Under the pieces are notes generated by a model, which had not been told where the DNA came from, ran no database searches, and saw only the letters and a list, made by a program, of their open reading frames with translations. From the human T2T-CHM13v2.0 reference genome, Homo sapiens: a stretch of DNA of 64,000 nucleotides. How positions within the stretch are numbered: the stretch's first letter is position 1; each line of letters begins with the position of its first letter. The translations under genes and the position numbers were made by a program. Positions 15,081-29,255 of the stretch are shown here, piece by piece. The DNA is taken from assembly GCF_009914755.1 (NCBI RefSeq), contig NC_060947.1; one strand, written 5' to 3'.

Positions 15081-15117
15081 TATATATGGGATGGAATTAT
15101 AAAGACTTCATTAAATA

Positions 15118-15420
<303 letters not shown>

Positions 15421-17019
15421 TCATTAAATAAAGCACAGTATAAATGGGACAACTCCCTTGAAGAAGAAAAAAGGGGGTGGGAGAAGTAAAATATAATGAG
15501 AAAGAAATGTAGACTACAGCGAATTTTTAATCTAGCCTTTTATGGTTCTTAGGCATCAAGACCTCTGGCCCAATTTTGACCCAGTTGAGATGAGAAATTT
15601 GAAGAGAGGATGAGAAAAACTCAAATCATCTCATAGCCTTTGAAAGACAGGCTCTGAAAAAACATATTGATTGGTATCACTATTTTTTGACTTCTGAATA
15701 ATCCAAATAGACTTTTAATTAGCCCATTTAGAAGTTGTGGGAAATAAGGAAGTTTTCCTAAGGCTGCTGTAGTGTTGATCTTCTAGTAGAGATCAAGCTG
15801 TTTGAATTTTTGATGAAGAGTTATGCCCCCAAGCATGATGGGTTTTCTCTGCCTTGGCAGAACTACCCAATACTCTTAGATGATGTGTGTCTATCCCTTA
15901 AACTTCAGCTTTGAGAAGCATTGGAAAAAATGTGTCAGCCCACCAAATTGTCACAAGCCTCCTGGTCCTAGTAGAACAAATTCTGCAATGTGGGGCCCCA
16001 TCCCTCAACAGTTTTAGGTTGGATCTCTGCAAACTTTGGCCATCACTTGCATATGTTTTCTCTCTGCAGACATTTGTTTAGAACACTCCACATCTGCTTT
16101 TGTCTCCAAAGTCCCACAAGCATAATTTATTCAATCCTATATAAAAATGGCATGAAATGAGTATGACGAAACCTGCTGTAATGATGACCAATGAGTTCTT
16201 TCCCACCACCACCTGATATAATTGGCATCAGCTACAGCCCAGTTCCACTCATTTTTTCCCAGGAGTGACCTCAGCGTAAGTACATTTCTCCTCTTCAGGC
16301 TTAAATTTGATTCTTGTGGAATGTGTAGTTAAAGTCTTGATGAGTTGAGAAGAAGGAAATGAGGGAAAGGAAAATAAGTAATTGTCACCAGTTGGTAACC
16401 TCGTAAACTTGGCTTTTCATGGGACTCATAAAATAGCGTGCAGAGTGTATTCAACTATAGTTATTCCCTTAGAAACTCCAGACATATTCAAGCATGTTCA
16501 TATATTAGGGTAGCTCTACATAGTTGAAGGAGAAAAAACATTTTCAGTTTACATCTTTAATTTGAAACAGATTTTGCTTATATGGTAGTTTAATTGTGGA
16601 TAACCTTTCACATCTAGTTTTGTTACAGTTGGTTTTAGTGATGGTCTTTATAACACAGAGATCTATCTGATTCTTAGATACATTTTTCATGTATTTGGCT
16701 AATTGGGAAATCAGTGAAATTGGTCTCTATTCATTTGTGGATTTTGTGGATAGTTATTCTTCTCTTTGACATACTTTTGTCTCCCAGTGACTGATTATAG
16801 CTTCAGCCTTACCTGTAAAGGCTTTATCTGTCAGATACTTGGCATCCTAATGAGGAAGGACAATTAGCAACTTTACATAGCACTTCTGTGTTTCTTTCGC
16901 CAGGGTTAATAGGTCAGCCTTTGGCCTTGCTCAAATCTATTCGCTCAAGAAGTTATGAAACTCTTTTTTGGGTTTAGAGTGGTAGGGCCCTCAAGAATCT
17001 CTGATTTTTGATATTAACA

Positions 17020-17490
17020 CCCTTGTCGTTTTCTCACCCAGAATGAATAGGGCATTGTGGACATGATGGAATGTGAATTCCAAGGCTAGGTCATAAAAAT
17101 ACATTGAGTCTTCCACCTTGCTCTTTCTTGGATATTTGTACTGAGGGAAGCCAGCTGTCATATCCTAAGGGCACTCAAGCAGCCTGTGGAGAGCTCTAGA
17201 ATTGAGACCTCCTACCAATAGCCAGCAAATAGCTGAGGCTTTCTGCCACAACCATGTGAGTGAACCATCTTAGAAGAGGATCCTCCAGCCCCAGTTAAGT
17301 CTTCAGATGACTGCAGCGCCAGCTAACATTTGGATTACAACCTTATGAGATACCCAAGGCCAAAACTACATAGCTAAACTGCTCCTGAATTTCTGACTCC
17401 AGCAACTGTGTGAGATAATAAATGCTTGTTGTTGTTTTAGGACACTAATTTTTGAGGTCATTGTTTAAGCAACAATAAATAACTAATATA
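17020..17490 (+). mobile_element. MLT1 (MLT1F-like) MaLR LTR
   Basis: AGGCTAGGTCATAAAA, CCAGCCCCAGTTAAGTCTTCAGATGACTGCAG, end GCAACAATAAATAACTAATATA. Confidence 0.75.
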
Positions 17491-17618
17491 GGAATCAACG
17501 TTTGTGAAATTCAAACATGGTCTGGTTTACTAGTGGCCAAACTCAAGGACGAAATTTTCAAATTAAGTTTTTAAATAAACAGTCATCCTTAAAAATAGAA
17601 GGCTAAAGAGAAAAATAA

Positions 17619-18038
<420 letters not shown>

Positions 18039-18679
18039 TAGAACACAACCAAAATGTCCCAAGCCTTGACTTGTTAGTATTGAGAAGAAGGAATAGAGGT
18101 TTGTTCCCATGTTACCAAATAAACAACTCCCAGGAATATTTGGAGGAACCTGGCACCTGGGCAGTCAGCAGAAACATGTGTTTACTTGACTCCTTCGGTG
18201 TACTAAAAGGGAATCTTGGTCTCTTCAGATTCCAGGTGGAGAGTGCTTTGGAGCCCCAACTGATACAGGCCCCCAGTTTTGTTGCTGTCTCCCTCATACC
18301 TAATAAACCTTACTGCAAAATTGAAGGAAGAGAGCAGAAAATTTTGAGTATGTGAGAGTGGCAGAGACTAAAGTAGCTTATTCAGATGCTGATGTAAAGG
18401 ATTGGGTACTTTTTGACCAGTTGATTGATAAAAGAATCACCTTGTGGAATACGGGTTGTGTATGGAGTTTTGAAGAATGAAGGGGAACCCAGGGTTGTGC
18501 TAAGAGTTGTTGGTGCTTATTGAGAAGTCCCAGTCAGAAATAATGCAAGTACCTTTCTAGCACCAATGAGAAGGTTCTTAAGGGTATCTGCTCCTCAGTG
18601 GCCTATACTAGACATATCAGACATATGGACAAGTGTGATTCCCAAAATATTGGGGATACTGATAAATGAATGCCTACTT

Positions 18680-19500
18680 TTTTAAATGTAGTAAATTAGC
18701 ATACAGTAAAATGTACTTGTTGTGGGGGGAGTTTTACTGTTCAGTGAGTTTCCATATACATGCATATTTATTTACCACCGTAATCAGGATACAGAGCAGT
18801 TCCATCACCAAAAAACTCCTTCATACTACCTATATGTGGTCATACCCTCCTCTCTCCTTACTACTACCAACCACTGATTTGTTTTGTCTTTTCAAGAATA
18901 TTATATAAATATATGTAAGTGCATATATACAGCATGTAACCGCTGAGACTGGTTTCTGTCACTCAGCATAATGCCTTTGAGATTCATCTAACTTGCTGCA
19001 TGCATCAATAGCTCACTTGGTTTTTGCTAAGTTGTATTCCGTTGTTTGAATGTACCACAGGTTTTTTTTTAATCCATTCACACATTGAAGCAAGTTTCAG
19101 CTTTTTTTTTCCAGTTTTGGTGATTATAAATAGAACTACTAAATACATTGATGTACAGGTTTTTATGTGAACATAAGTTTTCATTTCTCTGGGATAAATA
19201 CATAGGAGTGGGTCATATGATAATGTGATAATACCTAGTACTGGGTCATATGATAAGTCTATTTTTATGTTTTACTTTAAATGAAACTGTCAAACTGTTT
19301 TCCAGAATGGTTGTGCCATTTTGCATTCCCACTGGTAATGTATGAGAGTGCCACTTGTTCTACTTCTTTACTAGCACTTGGTATTGTTACTACTTTTCTT
19401 TTAATTTTAGCCATTCTAATAGGTGTGTAGTGTTATAGTGATTTTAATTTTACATTTTCCTAATGGCTAATTGTATGGATCATCTTTTCATATGTTCAAC
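18680..19500 (-). mobile_element. Old L1M (L1MC/ME-like) 3' region
   Basis: ACTCAGCATAATGCCTTTGAGATTCATC, AAACTGTTTTCCAGAATGGTTGTGCCATTTTGCATTCCCAC. Confidence 0.75.
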
Positions 19501-20019
19501 TGTCTACTTTTTATTTTGCAAAGTAAGGACATTCAAAACTTAAATATAAAAGGACATTATAACATCAAAAAGTTAATAAATGTAGCTTCATGAAAAGTTT
19601 ACCACATTGTCTTAATTATTTTACCTTAGGCCACTTGAAATTTGGTTGTGAATAGGCATTGGTCTATAGTACTGACAAGCCCCTAATGTCTAGGACCAGT
19701 TCTTTTGGCATTGGCATTATTGTAAGAATTCAGGGATCAGCATAGTAGTTCCTCTTGCTGAAGGGTCTTACTAGATAAATCTTCATTGGCTCTATGCCAT
19801 TTACAGGGTCACATGCAAACTTTCTGGCATGATAGTTGGGATACTTTATAGTTTTTCATCCCACTACCATTTTTTCTTTATCTCCTACTATTCTCTCTAC
19901 TACTTTGTTTCTAGCCACCTCACTTACTTTACTGTCCCCCATACAATCCCCAGTTTCATCCTTCATCTGGAATGCCCATCAAGCCTATTCAGATCCTACT
20001 TATTCTTCAAGCTGTTATT

Positions 20020-20208
20020 CAGTGTTTCACCAAGTATATTCTGAGGAAAACCTGCATTGGAATATTCTAGAATTATGAAATGTGCAGATTCCTGGGCCCT
20101 GCTCTGGACTTACTGAATTAGACTTTCTGGGGATGGGCCCCAGGAACTGAAATTCCAACAAGTGTCCAGTATGTGATCCTTAGTCACAACTGAATATGAG
20201 AACCCCTG
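20020..20208. mobile_element. MER5-family hAT MITE
   Basis: CAGTGTTTCACCAA ... GCAGATTCCTGGGCCC ... TGAGAACCCCTG. Confidence 0.75.
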
Positions 20209-20459
20209 AATCTAGCTGAAGTCCTATCTTTGTGAAGCCGTCATATGTGAGTCCTACTCCATAGTGATTTCACCTTTCTTTTAAGGATTGTCAAACTTTC
20301 TTCCTATTTAAATTTGTCAGCAGCACTCATTTTGACATTTCATCTATTATTTAAATGTTAAAGTGTGATTTAGTTTATAAGCCACTGAAGAATAGGAATT
20401 CTCTTCATATCCCGTTTAACATGTAGCATAATATAGTTTAATATAATGCACACAAAGTC

Positions 20460-20462
<3 letters not shown>

Positions 20463-20495
<33 letters not shown>
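20463..20495. repeat. (CA)n microsatellite
   Basis: Directly visible. Confidence 0.95.
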
Positions 20496-20499
<4 letters not shown>

Positions 20500-21804
20500 T
20501 ATTATTTCCATCCTTTTTGGTAGTGGAGTTCTGAGATTCAAGGAGAACCACAATTGTTTCTAATCATTTTTTCAAAGGCATAGTTCTGTGAACAATGATG
20601 ATGTAAAGCTTTGGGAATCTTGCCTTTGATTTGAGATATTTTCTACTCCCAGTGCTAAACTGAATTAAGCCTTTGAAAATCCCATTGACACTTTAAAAAA
20701 TCTTAAATATTTGTTATATGAAGGGGTGGTAGTGTCTCATTGCTTTTGTAGTGTGTTGACTAGCCAAGCACGCTTGTCTTTGAAACATACCATGTTGATT
20801 CCACTTGCTCCTCAGTGCTTTATTCATGCCATCTAAGTTTCGTATACTAACCTCTCTTTCTGCTGAAATTTTTCCCATTATTCAAGTCCCACAGCAATTC
20901 TCAACTCCTCTATAAAACTTACTGTTACAACTTGAGCCTACAAGGATTTCTCTCTTCTGTGAACTCCTAGTACTTCCTGCCTATAATTCTCATTTGGCAC
21001 TTAACGTATACATTGTCTGGTAACATACTGTTGTTTTCTTGCTCCACTCTTATTATTTAACTTTCCATGGGTGAATGTCATGCTTTGCAAGCTAGCCACG
21101 ATTCCTCGATGTTCAGGAACTTTTTTAAAAATATGTTTTTCTAGTGTAGAAAAAAAATGAAGAATTTAAGTAGTTGTAACAATACATTGACCTTTATAGA
21201 AACAACTGTTGGTGGTGGAAGCTGACAGAGGATGTTGCAATGCTAGTTTCTTAAAGAGGCAACCAGTGTGAAAATCAATATTATACAAAGGCAGATGTAT
21301 TGGGATATGACTTATGTACAACTTTAAATAATGTTTTTTTACTCCATGCTTGTAAATATATTCATAATTTGCAGTACATAATGATTAATGATGTGAGGGT
21401 GTGATTAAGGCCATATCTATACCTGACCTGCATACTGATCCATGGCAGGCATGACCAAACTGCTCGCTTGCCATCTTTATAATCAATATTAATTGTTGTG
21501 GCTGAATCCATCATGTGATGAGTCCCATTGGTTGTTAAGAAATCCTTAAAAACAGATGGCCAGTACCTTGGTCTGTTGATTCCACGCATGTAGTTGTGGT
21601 TTTATATACTGAAGGACAGATGACAGCATACAACACCTCTGTGGCTTATTAGTAGAGTTGGTCTGATTCAGAGGATACCTGGACTTTTTGCCCTTTTACA
21701 AGGTCTGAAGAAGTAGGAATGGTTTGAGCCTCTGTCATTTTCTCAAATTCCCTTTGGTTCAGAGGCTACTTATCCAGTGCAGAAAGATAGAAGGCACCCT
21801 TAGC

Positions 21805-22410
21805 TTTTACCTTTCTCCAACTCATTTAATCCAATCAGGAACCTAGTTCTGTGCAGCCTACCCTTATAACATCTCTTGAGTCCATGCTGTATTTCTATCC
21901 TTACTACTGCTGCCTTATTTCAAGGTTTCTTATATCACTAAGATTAACTGTTTCACTACCTACAGTCTCATCTGCTTCCAATATATATTCCATAGTCATT
22001 GGGAGGGATCATGTTATTCTTCCTTAAAATGTTTCCATGGCTTCTATTGCTTAAATGATAAAATGTAGTCTTTAGGATGGCATCCAAAGCCCTCCATTGT
22101 CTGGCCACTGCCTGACTTTCCACAGTCATCTCTGGAGAATCCCATTTGTATTCTCTAGCCACATTGAATTAGTTCCTGGATGTATCATGCTGTTTTATGC
22201 CTTCATGCTTTTGCACATACTACATGTTATGCTTGGAATGCTCTTTTCCAGTTTATCATTCTACCCCATAAAGGCTCTGAACAAGTACTATTTTACACTC
22301 TTCTATTATTTGTGCCTCCACTGCTTCCTATACACATTTCCATCTTAGCCCCTGTGAAATCTTATTTGTTTATATGTCTGACTACCCCAAATAGACTATA
22401 AACTTCTTTT
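21805..22410 (+). mobile_element. L2 LINE fragment
   Basis: CTTAAAATGTTTCCATGGCTTCTATTGC, TGCTTGGAATGCTCTT, TAGACTATAAACTTC. Confidence 0.65.
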
Positions 22411-22516
22411 GGAGGGGGGTTATAAAAGTAAAATTTATTTAGAATGACAAAGAAATTATAACAAATTATAAATCTTCAAACATTTACACCAAAACGTCAC
22501 AAAATCTAGATCAAGG

Positions 22517-22519
<3 letters not shown>

Positions 22520-22554
<35 letters not shown>

Positions 22555-22564
22555 ACGTGTGTGT
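22520..22564. repeat. (TG)n microsatellite
   Basis: Directly visible. Confidence 0.95.
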
Positions 22565-23152
22565 ATAACTTTTGTAAATTTTCCTGAAGCAAATAGGATA
22601 TCTTTTGAATGTTGGCACTCTCAGATGAAACTAAGTAGAGATCAGGTCTTCTCACCCTGCTCAATTTCTTCCTTCATGGCTTCTCACTGTAACTATTACT
22701 TTTATTCTCTTTTGTGCTTATGCATTTAAAATTTTCTGCATTTTATCAATATGTTCTAACTAAATTTAACCAGTTTCTATTGAAAGAGCAATGAAATAAA
22801 AGCCAATTTAATCACACATATTATAACTTATGCCAACAATGCTTTGGATGTATTCACCTATGTGTGCATCTGTTCTTTTTCAGCTCTCATTTATTTGTTG
22901 ATTAGATTTAAAACCACTGTGCCTTGTGCACATTGGCATCACATCCCACTTGGAAGAGAAAAATCCTCAGTAGATATACAATGATGTAAATCTTGTGACT
23001 CTATCAAATGAACAGGTTTCAGTAACATCTTTCCACCTGTTTGGCTAGTTCCAAGAACTTTTATTTCTCCCTTTTATACAACTGGAAATGAAGGCAGAGA
23101 ATGATAAATGAACTGGGTTCCTATAGTCCAACACAGTGATTCTCTCTTTGGT

Positions 23153-23313
23153 CCAGTGTCATCCCTATCATCTGGAAACTTAGAAATGCAGATTCCCAGC
23201 CACATTCCATATCTACTGAATCAAAAACTCTAAAATGTAGAGGGAGAGGCAGCAATATGTAATTTAACATGAAGTCAAGATGATTCTGATGCATGCTAAG
23301 TTTGAAAAGCACG
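23153..23313. mobile_element. MER5-family hAT MITE
   Basis: AGAAATGCAGATTCCCAGCC...GATTCTGATGCATGCTAAGTTTGAAAAGCAC. Confidence 0.7.
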
Positions 23314-23509
23314 GGAACTTAAAGATCCTAGTATGCTATTGATTGCCCTGTTTTCTCCTTGTTCTGAAATTAATGTATAAGGCATGTTATATCCTACAGA
23401 AAAATGCCTTAGTGGTATTCTATCATTATGCAAAACTGAAAATCAAGGGAGATCTTTGTGTGCCCTCCTTCACGGAGGGTAGGAAGTTTGGCATTATAGC
23501 AGATTATAG

Positions 23510-23764
<255 letters not shown>

Positions 23765-23999
23765 ATTTTTAAAATACCCTTTTAAGTACATGGTTGAACT
23801 GGCCCAAAATTAAATAACATCTCTAAAAGCTACAAATAATCAGACATCACAAATACAGAGCAGTAAACTAGGGGTAGTGAGCTACTATTTGGCATTTGTC
23901 TGAGTATATCTGCTGATCTCCGTTGGCCTTTAGTTCGGTTTTAATGGGCCACTCAAGTTTGGGAGCAGAAGATAAAACTAGAGACCTGAGAAAGGTGGG

Positions 24000-25110
24000 A
24001 GGTCAGATTGGAGAGCCCCGAATTAAGCCAAGATTTCCAAAGGGTCACAGGCATATTGGATGAACTAGGAAAAGAAATCCTTGCAGATGGAGCAATGGAA
24101 ATACATGCCTGTCTCAGTCTTGGTGCTGACTGGAGTGAGAAAAAAAAATTCTCCACTGAGATTTCCTAATCACAAGCCCACACTCAAAAAAAGGTTGAGA
24201 CTAGAATTCCCACTGCTTGTGTGGCCTGAAAAACCCACAGAGATATCTGGAACTTTAAACATCTCCCACATTGGTACTGCTTTCCAAGCACCTCATAGAT
24301 ATAATGCAAATCATATTTTGAAGAATTCATTTAAACACAAGCTTCAAATAATTCCTACAGATAAAGTTCCCATGAACATGAATTCACAATAAAAAATCAC
24401 ACAATTTATGAAGAAGTAAGCCATTATAAGTGACTAAGCAGAAATAAATAGCAAACTACAGGAGCAGATCTACAAATACAACAGAAATTATCAGATAACA
24501 GACTATAAAATAATTGGCATAATATAGTTAAATAAAAGAAGGCCCTGAGGTATGATGAAGGTATAGGAGACTATCAAATGTGACAGGCAAATTTGAAAAA
24601 GAACCAAGTAGAATATCTGTAAATGAAAAATATAATCATTAAAATTAGAAATTCCATAGATTAAATAGATTAGACACAGATGAAGAGAGAATGAGGAATT
24701 GAAATAAATTATACAGAATGTAACACAGAGAACAAAGAGGTGGAAAACAGGCTAGGTTAAGAAACATGGAGGATAGAATGAGAAAGGTCTACCATGTGTT
24801 TAATTGGAGTTCCAGAGAGATAAAATGGGGGAAAGGCAATATTTAAAGAGAGAATGACTGAAATTTTCCCAAAATTGATGAACAGTACCCAATTTAGGAT
24901 TTTCAATAAGTTCTAAGCAAGTTAAATTAAAAATCGTAATCCAGGCTTAGACATATTGTGGTGAAAGTATGAAACACCCAAATCAGAGAAAAGCTCAACA
25001 TTAGCCAGGCAAAAAAGATTATACTTAGAAGAAAGACAACTAAACTCAATAAAATGACAGCTAACTGACAGCAACAGTGGAAGCCAGAAGAAATTGTGAT
25101 AGTATCTTCC
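24000..25110 (+). mobile_element. Old L1M 5'/ORF1 region (continues 32372-33300 after younger insertions)
   Basis: A-rich decayed ORF1 motifs (AATTGGAGTTCCAGAG, GAAATTTTCCCAAAATTGATG, GGAAGCCAGAAGA). Confidence 0.6.
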
Positions 25111-25121
25111 ATAGTCAATGA

Positions 25122-25348
25122 CAGTAGTCAGCAAATGTTTTCTGTAAAAAGCGCAATAATAATTATTTTAGGCTTTGCGGGCCATGTACAGTCTTTGTTG
25201 CATACTCCTCTGTTGTTTTTTGTTTGTTTGTTTGTTTTTGGTTTCTTTCACAACACTTTCAAATATAAAAACAATTCTTAGCTCAAGGGTCACACCGAAA
25301 CACACTGCAGGCCAGATTTGGCCTATAGGTCATAGTTTGCTTACCCTA
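25122..25348. mobile_element. MER58-family hAT MITE
   Basis: GTCAGCAAATGTTTTCTGTAAA...TTTTAGGCTTTGCGGGCCA...GGCCAGATTTGGCC...TAGTTTGC. Confidence 0.75.
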
Positions 25349-25419
25349 ATCTGTGAGATAATAACTGTTGTTTTGTTCATTTTATTTTATGGTCAGGGGT
25401 ACATGTGCAGGTTTGTTAG

Positions 25420-25908
<489 letters not shown>

Positions 25909-27239
25909 TAGATAAGAACATGTGATATTTTGGTTTTCTGTTCCTGCATTAGTTTGCTTAGGATAAAGGCTTCCAGCTCCATCCATTTTCCTGCAAAGGA
26001 CATGATCTCATTCTTTTTATGGCTGCAAGTATTTCACGGTGTATAGATACCACATTTTCTTTATCCAGTCTATCACTGATGGACATTTGGATTGGGTCCA
26101 TGTCTTTGCTGTTGTGAATAGTGCTGCAATGAACATACGCATGCATGTGTCTTTATAATAGAACAATTTATATTCCTTTGGGTATATACCCAGTAATGGG
26201 ATTGCTGGGTCAAATGTATTTCTGTCTTTAGGTCTTTGAGGAATCACCACACTGTCTTCCACAGTGGTTGAACTAATTTACACTCCCACCAACAGTGTAT
26301 AAGCATTCCTTTTTCTCCACAACCTTGCCAGCATGTTATTTTTTTACTTTTTTACTTTTTCATGATAGCTATTCTGATTGATGTGAGATGACATGTCATT
26401 GTGGTTTTGATTTGCATTTCCCTAATGATCAGTGATGCTGAGCTTTTTTTTTCACATGATTTTTGGCAGTGTATATGTCTTTTGAAAAGTGTCTGTTTAT
26501 ATCCTTTGCCCACTCTTTCATGAAGTTGGTTGTTTTCTTATAATTTTAAGTTCCTTATAGATGCAGATATTACACCTTTGTCAGATGCATGGTTTGCAAA
26601 AAATTTCTCCCATTCCGTAGGTTGCCTGTTCACTCGGTTGATAGTTTCCTTTGCTCTGCAGAAGCTCTTAAGTTTAATTAGATCACATTTGTCAGTTTTT
26701 GCTTTTGTTCCAGTTGCTTTTGAAAAGCAAAGATTTCTTCGTTGTGAAATCTTTGCCTGTTTCTATGTCTTGAATGATATCACCTAAGTTTTCTTCCAGG
26801 GTTTGTGTAGTTTTGGGTTTTACATTTAAGTCTTTAATCCATCTTTAATTAATTTTTCTATATAGTATAAGGAAGGAGTCCAGTTTCAATCTTCTGCATA
26901 TGGCTAGACAGTATTCCCAGCACCATTTATTGAATAAGGAGTCTTTTTTCCATTGCTTATTTTTGTCAGGTTTGTGGAAGACCAGATGGTTGTAGGTGTG
27001 CGGCCTTATTTCTGGGTTCTCTATTCTGTTCCATTGGTCTACATGTCTGTACTTATACCAGTACCATGCTATTTTGCTTGCTGTAGCCCCATAGTATAGT
27101 TTGAAGTCAGATAGCATGTTACCTGCAGCTTTGTTCTTTTTGCTTAAGATTGTCTTTTATATTCGGGGTCTTTTCTGGTTCTATCTGAATTTTAAAATAG
27201 TTTTTTTCTAGTTCTGTGAAGAATCTCAATGGTAGTTTA

Positions 27240-27622
27240 TTTTTTTGCTCAGCATTTTATTTATTTTTTATTTATTTCAATAGGTTTTTGGGGAACAGGT
27301 GATGTTTGGTTACGTGGATAAGTCCTTTAGTGATGATTTCTGAGATTTTGTTGCACCCATCACCCAAGCAGTATACACTGCACCTTATTTGTAGTCTTTT
27401 ATCCCTCACCCCTCTCCCACACTTCCCCTCAAGTCCCCAAAGTCCATTGTATCATTCATGTCTTTGCATCCTCATAGCTTAGCTCTCACTTATAAGTGAG
27501 AATATACAATGTTTGATTTTCCACTCCTGAGTTACTTCACTTAGAATGATGGTCTCCAACTCCATCCAGGTTGCTGCAAATGCCATTATTTCATTCCTTT
27601 TTATGGCTGAGTAGTATTCCAT

Positions 27623-27670
<48 letters not shown>

Positions 27671-29255
27671 GCAAATTGTGCTGCTATAAACATGCATGTG
27701 TAAGGTTTTTTTTTTCATATAATGTCTTATTTTCCTCGAGGTAGATACCCAGTAGTGGGATTGCTGTATCAAATGGTAGATCTACTTTTAGTTCTTTAAG
27801 GAAACTCTATACTCTTTTCCATAAAGGTTATACTAATTGACATTCCCACCAGCACTGTAACAGTGTTCCCTTTTCACCACATCCACACCAACATCTATTA
27901 TTTTTTGATTTTTTAATTATGGCCATTCTTGTAGTAGTGAGGTGGTATCACCTGGTGGTTTTGATTTGCATTTCCCTGATAATTTGTGATGTTGAGCATT
28001 TTTCATATGTTTGTTGGCTGTTTGTATATCTTCTTTTGATAACTGTCTATTCATGTCCTTAGCTTACTTTTTGATGCGATTATTTTTTTTTTGGAGGGGG
28101 CTGATTTGTTTGAGTTCTTTGTAGCTTCTGGACGTTAGTCCTTTGTCAGATGCATAGTTTGCAAAGATTTTCTCCCACTCTGTGGGTTGTCTGTTTACTC
28201 TGCTGACTGTTCCTCTTGCCATCCAAAAGCTCTTTAGTTTAATTAAGTCCCACCTATTTGACTTTGTTTTTGTTGCATTTGCTTTTGGGTTTTTGGTCAT
28301 GCAGTCTTTGCCTAAGCCAATGTCTAGAAGGGCTTTTCTGATGTTATCTTCTAGAATTTTTATAGTTTCAGGTCTTAGGTTTAAGTCCTTGATCCATCTT
28401 GAGTTGATTTTTTTGTACGAGGTGGGAGACGAGGATCCAATTTCATTTTCCAACATGTGGCTTGCCAATTATCCCAGAACCGTTTGTTGAACAGGGTGTC
28501 ATTTCCCTACTCTATGTTTTTCTTTGCTTTGTCGAAGATCAGTTGGCTGTAAGTATTTGGCTTTATTTCTGAGTTCTCTATTCTGTTCCATTAATCTATG
28601 TGCCTATTTTTATACCAGCACCATGCTGTTTTGGTGACTGTAGCCTTATAGTTTGAAGTCCCGTATTGTGAGGCCTCCAGATGTGTTCTTTTTGCTTAGT
28701 GTTGCTTTGGCTATGCAGGCTCTTTTTTGGTTCCATATGAATTTTAGAATTGTTTTTTCTAGTTCTGTGAAAAACGATGAAGGTATTGTTATGGGAATTG
28801 CATTGAATTTGTAGATTGCTTTTGGCAGTATGGTCATTTTCACAATATTGATTCTGTCTATCAGTGAGCATTGGATGTGTTTCCATTTTGGCTATGCGGG
28901 CTCTTTTTTGGTTCTATATGAATTTTAGGATTGTTTTTTCTCGTTCTGTGAAAAATGATGAAGGTATTGTTATGGGAATTGCATTGAATTTGTAGATTGC
29001 TTTTGGCAGTATGGTCATTTTCACAATATTGATTATATCTATCGATGAGCATTGGATGTGTTTCCATTTTGTCTATGTGGGCTCTTTTTTGGTTCCATAT
29101 GAATTTTAGGATTGTTTGTTTTATCTAGTTCTGTGAAAAACGATGAAGGTCTTGTTATGGGAATTGCATTGAATTTGTAGATTGCTTTTGGCAGTATGGT
29201 CATTTTCACAATATTGATTCTATCTATCGATGAGCACTGGATGTGTTTCTATTTG
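27240..29255 (-). mobile_element. 5'-truncated L1PB nested in the L1PA13-like element
   Basis: L1PB 3' UTR (GATTTCTGAGATTTTGTTGCACCCATCACCC), internal (TG)n near 27625-27668, ORF2 C-terminal fragments. Confidence 0.88.
28706..29253. repeat. Three tandem copies of a ~181-bp L1 ORF2 segment
   Basis: Units start TTTGGCTATG/TTTGTCTATG at 28706, 28887 and 29068; duplicated peptides [18 protein letters not shown] in the ORF track. Confidence 0.95.

Noticed and set aside
16070-16281. Good donor AGC|GTAAGT with acceptor-like sites at 16069 and 16262
   Set aside because: Stops in all frames of the longer version and no linked exons; cannot be supported without RNA data
28706-29253. Periodic arrays here and at 57060-57900 considered as CRISPR-like repeat-spacer loci
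   Set aside because: Whole units repeat with no unique spacers, the sequence is L1-derived and the context is eukaryotic
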